Source of the DNA: Paraspadella gotoi
Taxonomy: Eukaryota > Animalia > Chaetognatha
DNA: 64,000 bases
Direction: 5' to 3'
NCBI GenBank assembly: GCA_051294375.1
Contig: JBJCIZ010000239.1
Location: 5,367,656-5,431,655, forward strand
Numbering within the stretch: position 1 is the first letter of the stretch; each line of letters opens with the position of its first letter. The notes beneath the pieces are model-generated. The model was given only the letters and a program-made list of their open reading frames with translations, did no database searches and was not told the origin of the DNA. A program made the position numbers and the translations under genes. This document shows positions 30,683-42,372 of this stretch, piece after piece.

Positions 30683-31187
30683 TCTTCTCNNNNNNNNNNN
30701 NNNNNNNNNNNNNNTTCTCCCTCCAATCAGCTCCTCAAAAGGTTATTGATGATCCAACTTCAGTCATGAACGAGTTAATGAGAAAATGTCTCGCGCCACA
30801 AGGAAAAACTGTCTCCTTTTCCTTTGTCGTTGCTGTGGGCGGTGGTCGTCTTTTGTGACATTGTCCTTGTCGTTGTTTGAGACATTGTCCTTGTCTTCTT
30901 CATTTTCATTTTCGTCATCGTCGTCTTTTGTGACATTGTCCTTTTCATTAACATCTTCGTCATCGTCGTTATTTACTTTTGACACTTACATTGTCACTCA
31001 CCCTGTCGTCTTTTGTGACATTGCCCTTGTCATTTTCGTCGTCATCATCGTCATCATCTTTGCCCTTGTCGTCGTCGTCGTCGTCGTCGTCGTCGCTTTA
31101 TCGCTTTATCGGCATATCGCGCCGCCTTTGAATCGCTTGCGTTATTCTGGTATGATACGCTCCATTTTCCTGGAAACATACTATTTG

Positions 31188-31224
<37 letters not shown>

Positions 31225-32189
31225 CTCATTCTTCTCTCTCTCTTCACTTCTCTTTCGACCATTCTCCTTTTCTTTCTTTTTCGTTTGCCCTTCATTTCTA
31301 TACGTCAGTCCCCGTATGGTCGGTGTGTCATCGGTTCTCCATCCTCTGGCTCGAGTCGTTCCGTAGTCGTCCGTCGAGTCGCTCGTGCGGCCGTTTGTCT
31401 GCTGGACAATCATTTGAGAGTCTCCGTAGCCAGTCATTCGTCGCGTAATGAAAAAGATTCTGGGAAACACGAAAAAGACTTTGGCTCTCTCTCTCTCTCT
31501 CTCTGCCCTCTCTTCGTTCTCTCTCTCTTCTTGTCTCATTTCCTTTCCTTCGCTCTTTCTTCATCCGTCTTCCTCATACTTTCTCTCTCATCTCTCCACG
31601 AAAAGAACTTTGGGCTGTCCCCAGTGGACCGGGAACCGACCGTTTTAATCAACCCCCATAATTCTAGATTCTCTCTCTCATCTGTCTCGCTTTGGCTCAC
31701 GATCTCTCCCTCTCTTTCTTCTCTCTCTCTTCTCTCTCAGGTTCCTCTCGTCTCTCTTCTTCTCTCTCTCGTTTCCGCCTAATTTGTTGTCGGCACGATA
31801 CGTAAAAAAGAAAGTCATGATCGATGTAAACAGAATTTGTGCAGAAATTATTAATCCAGAACAGACTTCTTTTGCTCTCATTTATTTCAGGAATTAATAA
31901 AGAAAACAAGTAAAGAGGGATGCAGATAATAGACAAAAAATACATTTTCACTTTTACTCTCGCCCCGTCTACATAATTTCCTCTTTTTCAAATTCTTCAT
32001 AGTTGTTAGAACTAAAAAAACAGGTGATCGGGACATTGTGCGTTTAGAGACAAAAATTAATTATGAAATATCTTTGCTATGAGTACATTGTAGAAGAGGA
32101 AAAAATGGGGAAATTTAACAATAATTAAAAAATAATAGAGCAAACGGCATAACAACACAACCAAAGAACGAACAATCTTGTCCCATCAG

Positions 32190-32325
32190 GTCCCCTTCGG
32201 CCTCCTCTTCTCGTCCCGTCCCATCTGGGCCCAGATCTACCAGAGGGTCTCGGCCCTGTGCAGCTCCATGTCCTTCGCCACAGCCAGCTCGCCCATACAC
32301 CGAAAGAACCAGGAGCTCAAACGAG
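32190..32325 (+). CDS. Internal coding exon candidate (VPFGLLFSSRPIWAQIYQRVSALCSSMSFATASSPIHRKNQELKR), unknown protein
   Basis: ttgtcccatcAG acceptor; strong GC3 bias in an AT-rich background; donor G|gtcgag (phase 1, weak) or GAG|gtagag after 32339. Confidence 0.65.
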
Positions 32326-32634
32326 GTCGAGGCCTTGAGGTAGAGTTTGATGGGAGTCGACGAAGACTTGTTGATGATGATTTATGAAGTAAAATAGATA
32401 ATGATGCAGTTAAGACAAAATGACACTGAGAGAATTATTATTAATGATGTTTATGCAGATGCTTAAAACGATTAATTATGAATGATGATGATGATGATGT
32501 GGTGATATTAGTAACGTCATGCTATTTAAAATTTCAGATCTTTTAACTTTTTCTTCTTTCTCCTTCCCTCGCTTTCACTGGACTTTCCCCTTCGAAACCC
32601 TCCACATCCCCTTCCCTCCTACCTCGAAACCCAG

Positions 32635-32790
32635 GAAGGAACGGCAGAGATGGCGCCAAAGATGGCCGGCCAACCAGAGACGCCTCCTACGCTGGAGCGA
32701 GGCGATTGAGGAGATCGAAATCTCGACCCGCTTCGACATTCCGGCCTTTCAAAATGGCGCTCCCACAATCTGTGTGGAAGTCTGGAGGGC
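32635..32790 (+). CDS. Next coding exon candidate (RNGRDGAKDGRPTRDASYAGARRLRRSKSRPASTFRPFKMALPQSVWKSGG), cut at a duplication junction
   Basis: Pyrimidine tract then cccAG; open phase-1 frame fits the 32325 donor; GC-rich; a second frame is also open. Confidence 0.5.
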
Positions 32791-33277
32791 TTTAATCGCA
32801 TATCGCGCCCGCCTTTGGAAATCGTTGCGTTGATTCTGGGTAATGATACGCTCCATTTTCCTGGAAAACATACTATTTGTCTCTCTCTCTCTCTCTCTCT
32901 CTCATCTCGTCTCCTTCTCTCATCTCTCTCTCCTCTCTCTCTCAGTTCTCTCTGCTCTCTCCTCTTTTCGGTCGTCGCCTCTTCTCGTTTTCCATAACCG
33001 CAACAGCTCGACAGCTCACTCNNNNNNNNNNNNNNNNNNNNNNNNNCCCGCTCTGCCAACCGCCAGCCTACCTCTAAAAAAACATTAATAAACAAATAAA
33101 CGACGCCCGGTCCGCCCCCCCCTCTCCCCCTTAAAATAAATCCAAAACGAGGCTGGGGTCGTCTGCTGGGCGGTGGCGTCTCGGCGTCTCTCTCTCTCTC
33201 TCTCTCGCATACGAATCACGTCTCCGCGTCCGATCGTCGCCCGGAAAATTCGAGGGAGAGAGAGAGATGTAAAAAAA

Positions 33278-33592
33278 GGCGCTATTTTCCGGAAGCGCCC
33301 TATTTCTGTTCCTAATTCCGTAACTTAATTTTTAACCCAAATATATTACCAACATTATGAATTTTTTTTTCTTTATAGAAAATATAAGAACCCAATCCTT
33401 ATTCTTAATACTTAATCTTAAATCCCTACTCATATCCCTTAACCCTAAAGCCTAATTACACCCTGATTATACTAACCCTACTACCTAACCCTTAACCTTA
33501 ACCTAACCTCTATAGCTAATCCCCAAACTAAGTTTTAAGTCACTAAATTTCCCGAATAAACACCGAAATGGGACGCTTTTTGAAAACATTGC
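33278..33592. mobile_element. MITE-like family B (imperfect ~28 bp TIRs, internal CCTAA-like repeats)
   Basis: Left ggcgctattttccggaagcgccctatttc; right gaaatgggacgctttttgaaaacattgc; interior aaccctactacctaacccttaaccttaacctaacc. Confidence 0.7.
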
Positions 33593-33861
33593 TGAAAAAA
33601 AAAAGGCAGGGTGTCTTACCCGTCGTCATAGATACGGGATATGCGGTTCCGTCGCTATGACAACGACCGACGCGACAAACAACGCGGAATCGAGATGCGG
33701 TGGAAGAGAAAACATCGATGTTGTTTTGTTGTTGTTTTTTTTTTTGTTTCATGTTTTTTTTTGTTGAGTAAGGGAGGAGAAAAAAAGGGGGCAGAGGAGA
33801 GGTCGGGCCCTTGTCGCTGCTCCTTACTGCCCTGTTTACCCCCAGGGGAGGCCTTTAAAAA

Positions 33862-34034
33862 AATTGGTTCAACAAATATAAAAATTACCCAATAATTTAT
33901 TAAAAAAAAAAAAACCTTGACTTTGAATAGGATATGGTGGGTTAATTGAATAACATATCAAGACCCAGCAAGCTTTCAATCAAGACTCTCTCAGAGAATA
34001 GTTTATTTGCTCCCAGAGTACCGAGACTCCTTAG
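33862..34034 (+). mobile_element. Repeat family A, diverged copy
   Basis: aattggttcaacaaatata...ccttgactttg...acccagcaagctttcaatcaagactctctca...tcccagagtacc. Confidence 0.72.
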
Positions 34035-34444
34035 TTTTCATGATCTCATCATTTTGATGGTATATAATTTATACAATGTATGTTATACATACTTGAAGAT
34101 TGTCAATACAAGTTAAAAGGAATAAAATTAAAGGAAAAAGAAGAGTAGTAATAGAACAAAGTACCAACATACTGAGCGGTAGAAGGTGGTAAAGGCTTGG
34201 TTAATTAAGCAATTATATTTTTTAAAAGGTAAGATTAAGAAAAGACAGTAGAGTAAATGTAGCAAAAAAACCAATATCTTATTATAATAATTTTAAAAAA
34301 AAATAATATCAATTAAGAAAAAAATCCTTCGCTTTTCAATTTCATCCGGGATTCCATCAATTTTCGTCATTCGCATCCGGGGGAGGGAGATTCGACCTTC
34401 TCGGGTTTTTTTTCCTTCCTTTTCTTATCTTTTTTTTTTATCTC

Positions 34445-34513
<69 letters not shown>

Positions 34514-35147
34514 ACTCTCCTTTTTTCCATTAATTAACTTTGAAAGGATAAGACAGGAAAAAAAGGGAAAAAACCGGTTATTTCTCTTTATTTTCTCTCT
34601 CTCTCTCTCTCTTTCTCTTTCTGTCTCTCTCTATCTCTCTCTATCTCTTTCACTCTCTCTCTCTTTTCATTTGTTTCCCTATTTGGCGAGAAAACGACCC
34701 GGCATGCGGCGTTGTTGTCATCGTTATTTTTTTTCTTAGTTTGTTAATTTTTTTTCATAATTATCAATTTTTTAATTCTGCTTTTTTTCTGCATTCAAAT
34801 GAAGCCGATTTCGACTTAAATTTTTATTCTTAATCTTTCTTTTAATCATTAACTGATTTAGTTACATACATATCTTGTTGTAGTCGTCGTAATCGTCGGC
34901 GTTGTCTTTGTCGTCGTCATTGTCGTTATGAAAGATTGAAAGATTATGGTTGAACTAAAAAAAGTTAAGCGTCTTTCTCTCATTTTCTCGTTCTCTCTAA
35001 CTCTCTCTCTATCTTTCACTCTATCTCTCTCTCTCTCATATTATTCCAAACTTTATCATCCACTATACTGATTAATATGCAATCTGTTTTACGTGGAATC
35101 CAATTACATCCCTTGTAATCGCATCCTATGACATTCCTTCTTTCTCT

Positions 35148-35477
35148 GGCTTGATTTTCCGAAAATGCCCTACTTCTGTTCGTTTATCCCAGAAATTACA
35201 TTTATATTTACTCTTATGTTTTTAAACTTATAAAACCAATCCCTAATCCTAAACCATTAAGCCTAATTTTTAACCCTAACCTCTAACCCTAAATACTTGT
35301 CTCTAACCTTAATCCCTAACCTTAATCACAAACCAAGTTCCTAACCCTAAACTCTAACATAATTCGCAAATTTTTAATAATTCATATTTTTTTACTTTCA
35401 ACATACTGATTAATATTAACAAAAATAACCTAATTCTGAATTAAAGTTAAAATTGGATGTTTTTGGAAAATAAAGCC
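35148..35477. mobile_element. MITE-like family B copy
   Basis: Left ggcttgattttccgaaaatgccctacttc; right aaattggatgtttttggaaaataaagcc; interior taaccctaacctctaaccctaa. Confidence 0.7.
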
Positions 35478-35907
35478 TTTTCTCCTAACTCCATTAGCGA
35501 CGTCGGCGACTCCCTCTCTCGGACGAATTCTCATCGAATTCTCATCTTCCTCCTCAGGTTAATCAGTCGCTTCCTCTTGGATCCCGAGAAAAAACAAACA
35601 AGATTGTGTTTTGTACTGAAACATAAGTCACCGCTTTAATACTTTAATACTCTAATGCCTAAACTTTTCTATTACATACTTTTTCTCTTTGTCTTGTTTT
35701 GTTTTATTTTTTCTTTTCTTCTCTTTTTTTGTTCTCTTTTCTTTTCAATTTCTTTTCTTTTCTTTTTTTTTTCTTTTCTTTTCTTTTTTTCTTTTATCCT
35801 TTCTTTCTTCTGTTATTTGATTAAACGTGATACCCGCTTACCCACTGACAGATAGAACAATATTTAAACAAACATACAAACCAAAAAAGTCACATATACA
35901 TTCACAG

Positions 35908-35974
35908 GCCGCGACTAAAAAAAAACTTCCTGATTGAACAGAAATCTTCTGATTGCAAATCCGCTGATTTCGAG
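35908..35974 (+). CDS. Small exon candidate (PRLKKNFLIEQKSSDCKSADFE)
   Basis: cattcacAG acceptor with a weak pyrimidine tract, GAG|gtaaga donor, one open frame. Confidence 0.28.
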
Positions 35975-36184
35975 GTAAGAGTTTCTCATCAGTGGCTTCC
36001 GGCTTCGTCTGTTCATTGAACTTCGAATTCGCTGATTGGAGACAAATGATGAAAAAGGGTCATTTGGACTTCAAGGTGTGATGGGATTCACCCTCCCAAA
36101 AAAGTATGTCTTTTTGGTTATATCTTTTGTATGTTTAAATACGAATTGATTTTTTATTTTTAACATCATTGGTTTGATGAGCGA

Positions 36185-36418
36185 GGAGTAATATTTAGAG
36201 CAATGAGAGCTGTTAGGAGCTAGGAGTGATGTTAAGAGCAATGAGTAATGTTAAGAGCGATGACTTATGTTAAGTGCAATCAGAGATGTTGAGAGCGATG
36301 AGAGAAGTTAAGAGCAATGAGCAATGTTAAGCAATGACTTATGTTAAGAGCAATCAGAGATGTTAAGAGCGATGAGAGAAGTTAAGAGCAATGAGCGATG
36401 TTAAGAGCAATGACTTAA
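36185..36418. repeat. ~19 bp minisatellite (gttaagagcaatgagcgat-like)
   Basis: Roughly a dozen gttaagagc(a/g)atga units. Confidence 0.88.
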
Positions 36419-36702
36419 GGTGCTAGAATTCGATTTCCAGAGTTAAAAATTTAAAACGTTGAAGTTTTTCCTTCAAAGTTGAAAATTAGAAAAAGTCAGA
36501 CGAGTCAAGAAAATTCATTAGTGAAAAAAAAGAGATGGGACCTCGGCTTGGCCCAAAGTTGTTGTTGTTGTTGTCGTATTTGTTTTTATCGTTATCATCG
36601 TCATTCACTTGTTAATATCATTATCATTAATATCATTATTATCGTTATCATTGGATAATTTAATTTGGTCGCTGATTCTTTATCATCACAAAGGTAGATT
36701 CC

Positions 36703-36790
<88 letters not shown>

Positions 36791-36883
36791 AGTGAAGATT
36801 CCACTCTGCGCCACTGGAGAACCTCGGTGGGAGTAATTGTCCAACGAAGACGATCCTTTAATGAGAAATGACGATGACGAAGA

Positions 36884-36914
<31 letters not shown>

Positions 36915-36929
36915 TAACGAAACGCCCAC

Positions 36930-37077
36930 CGACAATTTGGATTTATGCCCACGAGAGGAATTCGCACACTTATTTGCATCCTCCTACACTCAAGAGAAAG
37001 AAAGAAAGAAAGACAGCAAAGAACGAAAGAAAGGAAAGAAAGAGAGAAAGACAGCAAAGAAAGACAGCAATGAACGA

Positions 37078-37129
<52 letters not shown>

Positions 37130-38330
37130 AAAAAATAAAAAAAGAAAAAAAGAAAAAAAGAAAAAAAGAAAAAAAGAACAGAAGAAAAGAAGAAAAGAAG
37201 AAAAGAAGAAAAGAAAAGAAAAGAAAAGAAAGAAAGTAATGAAAAATAAGGAAAAACAATATTAACAATGTTTTATTAGCGATGAAATAACTAATCTTTT
37301 TTTAATTTTTCTTCCTCTTTTGTTTTTTCGCCTCTCCGACTTGGAATTTTAAAGGTAAGTCATATTTTTTAATTATTTATATTTTCATTCAATGGAATGA
37401 CACAACTCAACTCACTCACAGCACCCTGTAACATTCTGATTTCCAGTTATGTCTTTATAGGATCAGATCTTATCTGTTGAAGACGAAACACGCTCTTTTG
37501 AAAGTTTTTATTGATGTAGAATAGGTTGGAGCGGAAGTTGATGTAGAAATACGATTTGATGTAGAAAGATTCAAAGTTTAGGAGAGACAAATAAGCGGAC
37601 GGACAAAAAGACGCGGGAACTTACCAGAAAAAAGGGACCAAATTTTTTCGTTGCATCTTACAAATTTGGAAGTAAGTTAGTTTTAATGTTTGAAGATTTG
37701 GGTTCGGAGGTTTGGGTTAAGGATTAGCTCAGGCATTTCTGTTTTTGTATAGTTTTTTTTTTTTAGGGTTAGGTATTATGAATTAGATAAAGCGGGATGA
37801 AATTAGAGTTTAATGATACTGGGTTCGAAAAGAAACCTTTTGAAAGTGACAACTAAAATACTAGCAAGGAAATAATTACTTAACATCCGCGACTGAGCGC
37901 TGAGCAGTGAGTCGTGATCACTGTTGTTCTGAGGTTCTAATGGTAACTGTAACGGTCATACCCACGATCAAGAATAATAGATAATTTAGAAAATAAAGAC
38001 AAGAATAGAGACAAGAACCCAACTTTGCGTTCAAACTTTTTTTGTTTAATATCGATTTATAATGACGAACTCGTAGATATTTTTGAGAGAGTCCGACTGT
38101 CCGACCAGCCTCTTTTGTTCAAATTCGTTTTGACCTTTCTCTCGGACCGATACGAGCAAATTCTGTCGAACTTTTTGAAAGAGAAATTAGGATGCAGGAA
38201 AATTGAATGAGGGCGTGATTATATATTTTGGGTTGATCCTTAAGGACGGCAAAATGCAAATGTAATCGAGGACTTCTGATGATTAAAAACGAAAACTGTC
38301 TCTTGTAGACACGAATTAGTCTCTCTCATC
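36930..38330 (+). repeat. Shorter counterpart of 14640-16215
   Basis: Same anchors as the 14.6 kb copy. Confidence 0.88.
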
Positions 38331-38870
38331 ATCTCTCGATCTCTCTCGCTTCTCTCTCTCCTCTCTCTCTCCTCTCTGCATCTCTCTCTCTCTCTTCTCT
38401 CTCTCGTGCACAGCGGCTGTTCCCCTCTACGTGCTTGATGTTTTCATCTTGGCTTGCGGTTCACCGTAGCAAAAATCCCCTCCCCGATCCACCTTTATCC
38501 ATTATCCGTTTCGACCGACAACCGTTGTAGTCAGCGAAATACCCGTAAAACCGTTATTTCGAGGCTGAGAGAAGAGAGAGAGAGAGAGGGAAGAGAGAGA
38601 GAGAGGCAGAGAGAGAGAGATGAGAGAGAGGAGAGAGAGAGAGAGAGAGAGAAGGAGAGAGAGAGAGAGAGAGAGAAGAAAGAGTAGAGAGCAAATCTGT
38701 AGATAACACAGCTGGTCCGCCTTCCGCTTTTCGTTTTTTGTTTTTTTTCTTTTATTATCAACGACTACATCACGTTTTATTTTTCGCTCCATAATTTTTT
38801 TTCTACTACATCAGGTATTGTATCCTTCTTGCATGATAATAACAGGATAATAAAAATAATAATAATAATT

Positions 38871-38947
38871 GCAGGACTCTGCAAAGTTTTCAATCAAGAC
38901 TCTCTCACGGTCTAGTTCATTAAATCCCAGAGCATCTGGCTTTTTAC
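38871..38947 (+). mobile_element. Repeat family A, 3' fragment
   Basis: gcaggactctgcaaagttttcaatcaagactctctcac...tcccagagcatctggct. Confidence 0.65.
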
Positions 38948-39050
38948 CTTCTCATTTGTTAAGTCTCGTGATAACTTCACGCGATGGACCCGCGTAAATG
39001 ATCCAACTAATTTAGTCACGTGATTGTAATTTCAATTATTTAAACGACGA

Positions 39051-39110
<60 letters not shown>

Positions 39111-39499
39111 AACCAACGTTGCTGATGTCGATTTGTGACAGATGTAGCGAGAGACCTAAGCGACAGATGATGCGACAGATGAAGCGAGAGACTCGTTAAC
39201 GAATGTAACGAGAAGAAGAAATCGACTTCCTTTCGTAAAACCAATTTCGGTAATAATTATTAATTAATAACATATGAATCTAATTATAAAAATTGATTAA
39301 GGTTTTGAACCCTAACCTTGTATTTAACTAACATTTGGCTGTGAAAAAACAGATTGGCGATGATTCCCTGCTACTTGATTGTAAGAATTAAGAAAGAAGA
39401 GAAAACATAAAAAAAGCTCATAAGACATTTAAATATTCCAAAATAAACGTTAACTAAAAAAATTGCCATAATGATTCTTGCGTCTTTTATCAAGCTTCG

Positions 39500-39710
39500 A
39501 CTTTTGGTCGGCAAAATACTCGATGGGAGAGTAATACTTAAAGATTTTGGTTGGCAAAATATATTCGGATTTTGATTGGCAAAATATTTGAAGGAAAAAA
39601 AAACTTTATTGGATTCACAAAGGGAGAGAAGTACCTACGGATTTTGACCGGTGAAATACTTGACAGACAAATACCTTCTGTTTTTGATCGGCTTAATACT
39701 CGATGGAAAG
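39500..39710. repeat. Degenerate repeat with core ttttg(a/g)t(c/t)ggcaaaata
   Basis: About five cores at irregular spacing, often preceded by cggat/aagat. Confidence 0.6.
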
Positions 39711-40354
39711 GAAATTCCTTAGGCGATCATTAATTAGTTTTTGCGTGAGATTGGATTTTGAGGAGGTAGTCTGGGGTGTAGAGGAAAGAGAAGGGGTGTG
39801 GAAGGGGTAAAATAAATGAAAGGTCGAAACTCGAATCAGATATACGTCCCTATCCGGCAAAACGAAAGGAGAGTCGGCAGCTGGAGCGAAATAAAAAAAA
39901 GTCGGTAGCTTTATCGGCAAAAACAAAAGATAGTTGGCAACCGGACAGCTGCGAAAATTAGGCGTCTATTCAATGACGAATACATGTATCAAATTTACGA
40001 AGGGCAAAAACCTTGGCACCGCGAAAGACAGTGCACGCAACGAAGCTAAAACGTGTTCTGACAAACGAGGATCGGCAGGGCGAAAGGCAACCGGCGCTGT
40101 AAACAATGACCGGCACGGCGAAAGGCAACTAGCGTTGCAACTTGCAACCGGCGTCGCAAAACGAGCAGCGGCGCCGCGGGCGCCGCTTGTCTCGGTCTCC
40201 CGCTTACGACCATCGACGACCACAATAAATCTCGCGGCGTCACCGGCGCCGATGGGAAAGACGCCGGGTCAGAAGAACGCCACCTTTGCGGCGCTATTTA
40301 AAACCGGAAATGGGCGTGGCTTCTCTTTCTTTTTATTTCTTTGTTTAATTTTTG

Positions 40355-40385
<31 letters not shown>

Positions 40386-40394
40386 TTTCCTCCT

Positions 40395-40426
<32 letters not shown>

Positions 40427-40892
40427 TTTTTCTTTCTTTCTTTCTTTCTTTCCATCTATATTTCTTTCTTTATTTCTCACTTCTTGCTATTCTTTTTATT
40501 TCTTTCTTTAATGTCCTCTTTTATTCTTTTCTCTTTAGTGACTTCTCTATCTCTCTACTTTTGCAACTGCCCCATAAATTTGATTATAAAAAAAAATTAC
40601 TTACCACGTACTACAATAATATTTAAAGAAAATTTCTAATCAGTTAACACCGTGATGTTATCTTCAGTAACAGTCTACCAGCGCCGTCGCCTTCGTCACA
40701 TGACTAAGAAGCCGCCTTGAATGACGCGAACCAAGTTCCCTCTCGACGCCGTCTCGTGGCGCACTTTGACGCGAGCGGTGGCGCTGGCGTTGACGTTGGC
40801 GTCTCGATTGTGGCGCTGACTCTCGGCTTTCTGCGCTTGTCGTCGAGAGATTTTCGCGTTCGACGTTTCACTAAATCTTTCGCTTATTAACT

Positions 40893-40932
<40 letters not shown>

Positions 40933-41342
40933 TCTCCTGCTCTCCTCTCTCTCTTCTCTCTCTCTCCTTCTGTCTCTTCTTTCAGTGATCTCTCTCTTTT
41001 NNNNNNNNNNNNNNNNNNNNNNNNNNNNNNNNNNNNNNNNNNNNNNNNNNNNNNNNNNNNNNNNNNNNNNNNNNNNNNNNNNNNNNNNNNNNNNNNNNNN
41101 NNNNNNNNNNNNNNNNNNNNNNNNNNNNNNNNNNNNNNNNNNNNNNNNNNNNNNNNNNNNNNNNNNNNNNNNNNNNNNNNNNNNNNNNNNNNNNNNNNNN
41201 NNNNNNNNNNNNNNNNNNNNNNNNNNNGCCGCCGCTGCCGCTGCCGCTGCCGCCGCCATCACCCAGAACTCAATCTGATATTCCGTTGGCCTTCGACTTT
41301 TGTTTGGACTCAAGTTTTACGATTTTCTTGTGGGCTGCGATT

Positions 41343-41343
<1 letters not shown>

Positions 41344-41379
<36 letters not shown>

Positions 41380-41398
41380 TACTACCGCCGCCGCCGCC
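41344..41398. repeat. (GCC)n trinucleotide run
   Basis: Near-perfect gcc run; related gccgct run at 41228-41257. Confidence 0.92.
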
Positions 41399-41748
41399 AC
41401 AACCCTACCCTCCCTAACCTTTCATCACAAACTTATCTCTTCACAACCTCGTGACCTCCTCAACGCTTTTTATCTCTTCCAGCGTCGACCCATCAGTGAT
41501 TCCAAAGCGTCATCGACCCTCACAAACCTCGGAAGCCTCGATGTGAATTCACTACCTCACCGCCCTCGGGCCTCAGCCAGCTTCTCGCGCGACCTGAATT
41601 GCTTCATTGTCCACGCTCTGCCACACTATCATCACCATCTTATCCTCACTCTTCCACACCCCCGAACTTCTCTCACGATTTTCACTTCCGATTTCAATGA
41701 AAAAGAAAAAAAAATATAGGTTATGGGTGAAAGGTAAGCACTATTTCA

Positions 41749-41782
<34 letters not shown>

Positions 41783-42119
41783 NNNNNNNNNNNNNNNNNN
41801 NNNNNNNAGGGAGAGACAAGAGAAGAGAAAGAGAAGAGTGAGAGGGGGGGGGAAAGAGGAGACGATGAAAGATATGTTTTTTTTTTGGAAATGGATTCGA
41901 GAACTTGTGAATAGGGAAATCGTGTGAGAGAGAGTAGACGAAGAGAAGAGAGGAGAGAGAGAGAGAAGAGAAGAGAGAGTAGCTTCAATATTCTCTCTCT
42001 CTCTCCCTCTCTCTCTATCAATTTTTCCCTTCCCATCAAAATCTAACTCCATCAGCCATCGTTTTCCTTTCTACATCACTATCATCATTTTCTTCTCCCA
42101 AATCTTCCATCGCCATTTT

Positions 42120-42372
42120 GGCCATATTTTTCCAAAGCGGCCCATTTCACCATAAATTCGGAATTCAGTTATTATTTTCGGGTTTAAGACTATAATAAAA
42201 TTTAGCATTAGGGATTAGGTTAGGGTTAGGGATTAGAGTTAGACATTAGGTTATAAGTTTAAAATATATTTATATTTTTAAGCTAAATATTAATACAGTA
42301 ACAAATTAACAATATAATTAAATTCTGAGATAAACAAAAAAAGAAATTGGGCCACTCTTGGAAAAGTTAGCC
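42120..42372. mobile_element. MITE-like family B copy in opposite orientation
   Basis: ggccatatttttccaaagcggcccatttc ... gaaattgggccactcttggaaaagttagcc; interior reads ttagggattaggttagggttaggg on the + strand. Confidence 0.72.

Noticed and set aside
33420-33530. CCTAA tracts as a true telomere or chromosome fusion site
   Set aside because: Short, highly degenerate and enclosed by TIRs at several loci; better explained as MITE interior.
35945-36000. Hammerhead-like CUGAUGA...GAAA on the minus strand
   Set aside because: Stem II is only 2 bp and stem I cannot pair beyond 2 bp.
36185-36418. gttaagagc repeats as a CRISPR-like array
   Set aside because: The period is ~19 bp and the intervening bases are themselves repetitive; this is an ordinary minisatellite.
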